The notes beneath the pieces are model-generated. The model was not told the DNA's origin, searched no databases, and saw only the letters and a program-made list of their open reading frames with translations. Position numbers and translations under genes: made by a program. This document shows, piece by piece, positions 16,358 through 16,908 of a DNA stretch of 16,908 nucleotides; positions within the stretch are counted from its first letter, which is position 1; every line of letters begins with the position of its first letter. This stretch comes from Vulcanimicrobiota bacterium (GTDB lineage: Bacteria; Vulcanimicrobiota; Vulcanimicrobiia; Vulcanimicrobiales; Vulcanimicrobiaceae): positions 1 to 16,908 of the forward strand of contig PKZK01000210.1 of assembly GCA_003133025.1 (NCBI GenBank), given 5' to 3'.

Positions 16358-16908
16358 GCCAGTGACGCTTCGAGCGCGTCGAGGGCGTTCCTCACCGCGT
16401 CGGGGTTGGTGGAGCCCGCCGTCCGCTTGGCGCGTACCGAAGCGGCGGCATCGAGCGGGGCGTCGAGCGGTCCGGCAAAACCCGCCGCTTCGCCCAACGC
16501 CGCGAGATCGCTCGCATCGAGGCTGCGGCCCTCGCGCTCCGCACCGAGCACGCGCGCGCCGACGAGGGCGTGCGCGCGGCGGGTGTCGATGCCGCCCAGG
16601 GTCAAAGCGTCGGCTAAATCGGTCGCGACCGTGTAGCCGTCGCCGGCCCGCGCGCTCATGCGCGCCGCGTCGAAGCGCACGTAGTCGAAGGCCGAGGCGA
16701 ACGCGCTCAACGCGGCGAGCGCGCGTTCGCTGCCGCGCAATACGAGCGCCTTGGTCTCTTGCAAGTCGCGATGATACGAGAGCGCGAGGCCGGTCGTGGA
16801 GGCGAGCGCGCCGGCAAATGCGCCGTTGGCCGCGGCTGCTGCGCCGCGCACCAGCTCGAAGGGATCGGGATTGCGCTTTTGCGGCATGATGCTCGAGCCG
16901 GTCGAGGC
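16354..16908 (-). CDS. argH: Argininosuccinate lyase, 3' part (runs off the window)
   Basis: STGSSIMPQKRNPD signature, YHRDLQE and ATDLAD. The stop overlaps the argC ATG (ATGA). Confidence 0.92.
   Translation of the reverse strand, partial: ASTGSSIMPQKRNPDPFELVRGAAAAANGAFAGALASTTGLALSYHRDLQETKALVLRGSERALAALSAFASAFDYVRFDAARMSARAGDGYTVATDLADALTLGGIDTRRAHALVGARVLGAEREGRSLDASDLAALGEAAGFAGPLDAPLDAAASVRAKRTAGSTNPDAVRNALDALEASLA

Noticed and set aside
3253..16889. Many long antisense or alternate-frame ORFs (e.g. 3253..4497, 5809..7140, 7991..9439, 14173..15432, 15122..16636)
   Set aside because: They are Arg/Ala/Pro-rich shadow ORFs expected in high-GC DNA, overlap well-supported genes and show no recognisable motifs.

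Overview
High-GC (roughly two-thirds by eye) bacterial chromosomal window, densely packed and mostly housekeeping. From left to right: a stand-alone AAA+/STAND-like ATPase (+); a convergent secreted TPR/double aspartyl protease (-); an overlapping chain of prfB (with a programmed +1 frameshift), a GT2 glycosyltransferase, a YbjQ-family gene and a family-4 uracil-DNA glycosylase; a large GT-C/YfhO/AftD-like membrane protein overlapping rlmN; a small ORF and an MmcQ/YjbR gene; an HpnB/CrtQ-like GT2; an alpha2-type glycyl-tRNA synthetase; and, on the minus strand, argH(partial)-argC-argJ-argD plus a lipoprotein. I saw no RNA genes, CRISPR array or mobile element, and I cannot support a clearly new multi-gene system. 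The best leads are a family-4 UDG with a UdgX-like extended loop and a putative clamp-binding tail, two membrane genes whose apparent first hydrophobic segment lies upstream of any canonical start codon, a three-gene chain possibly coupled to the RF2 frameshift, a histidine-kinase-like remnant, an operator-like repeat ahead of the ATPase, and frequent CGATCG.
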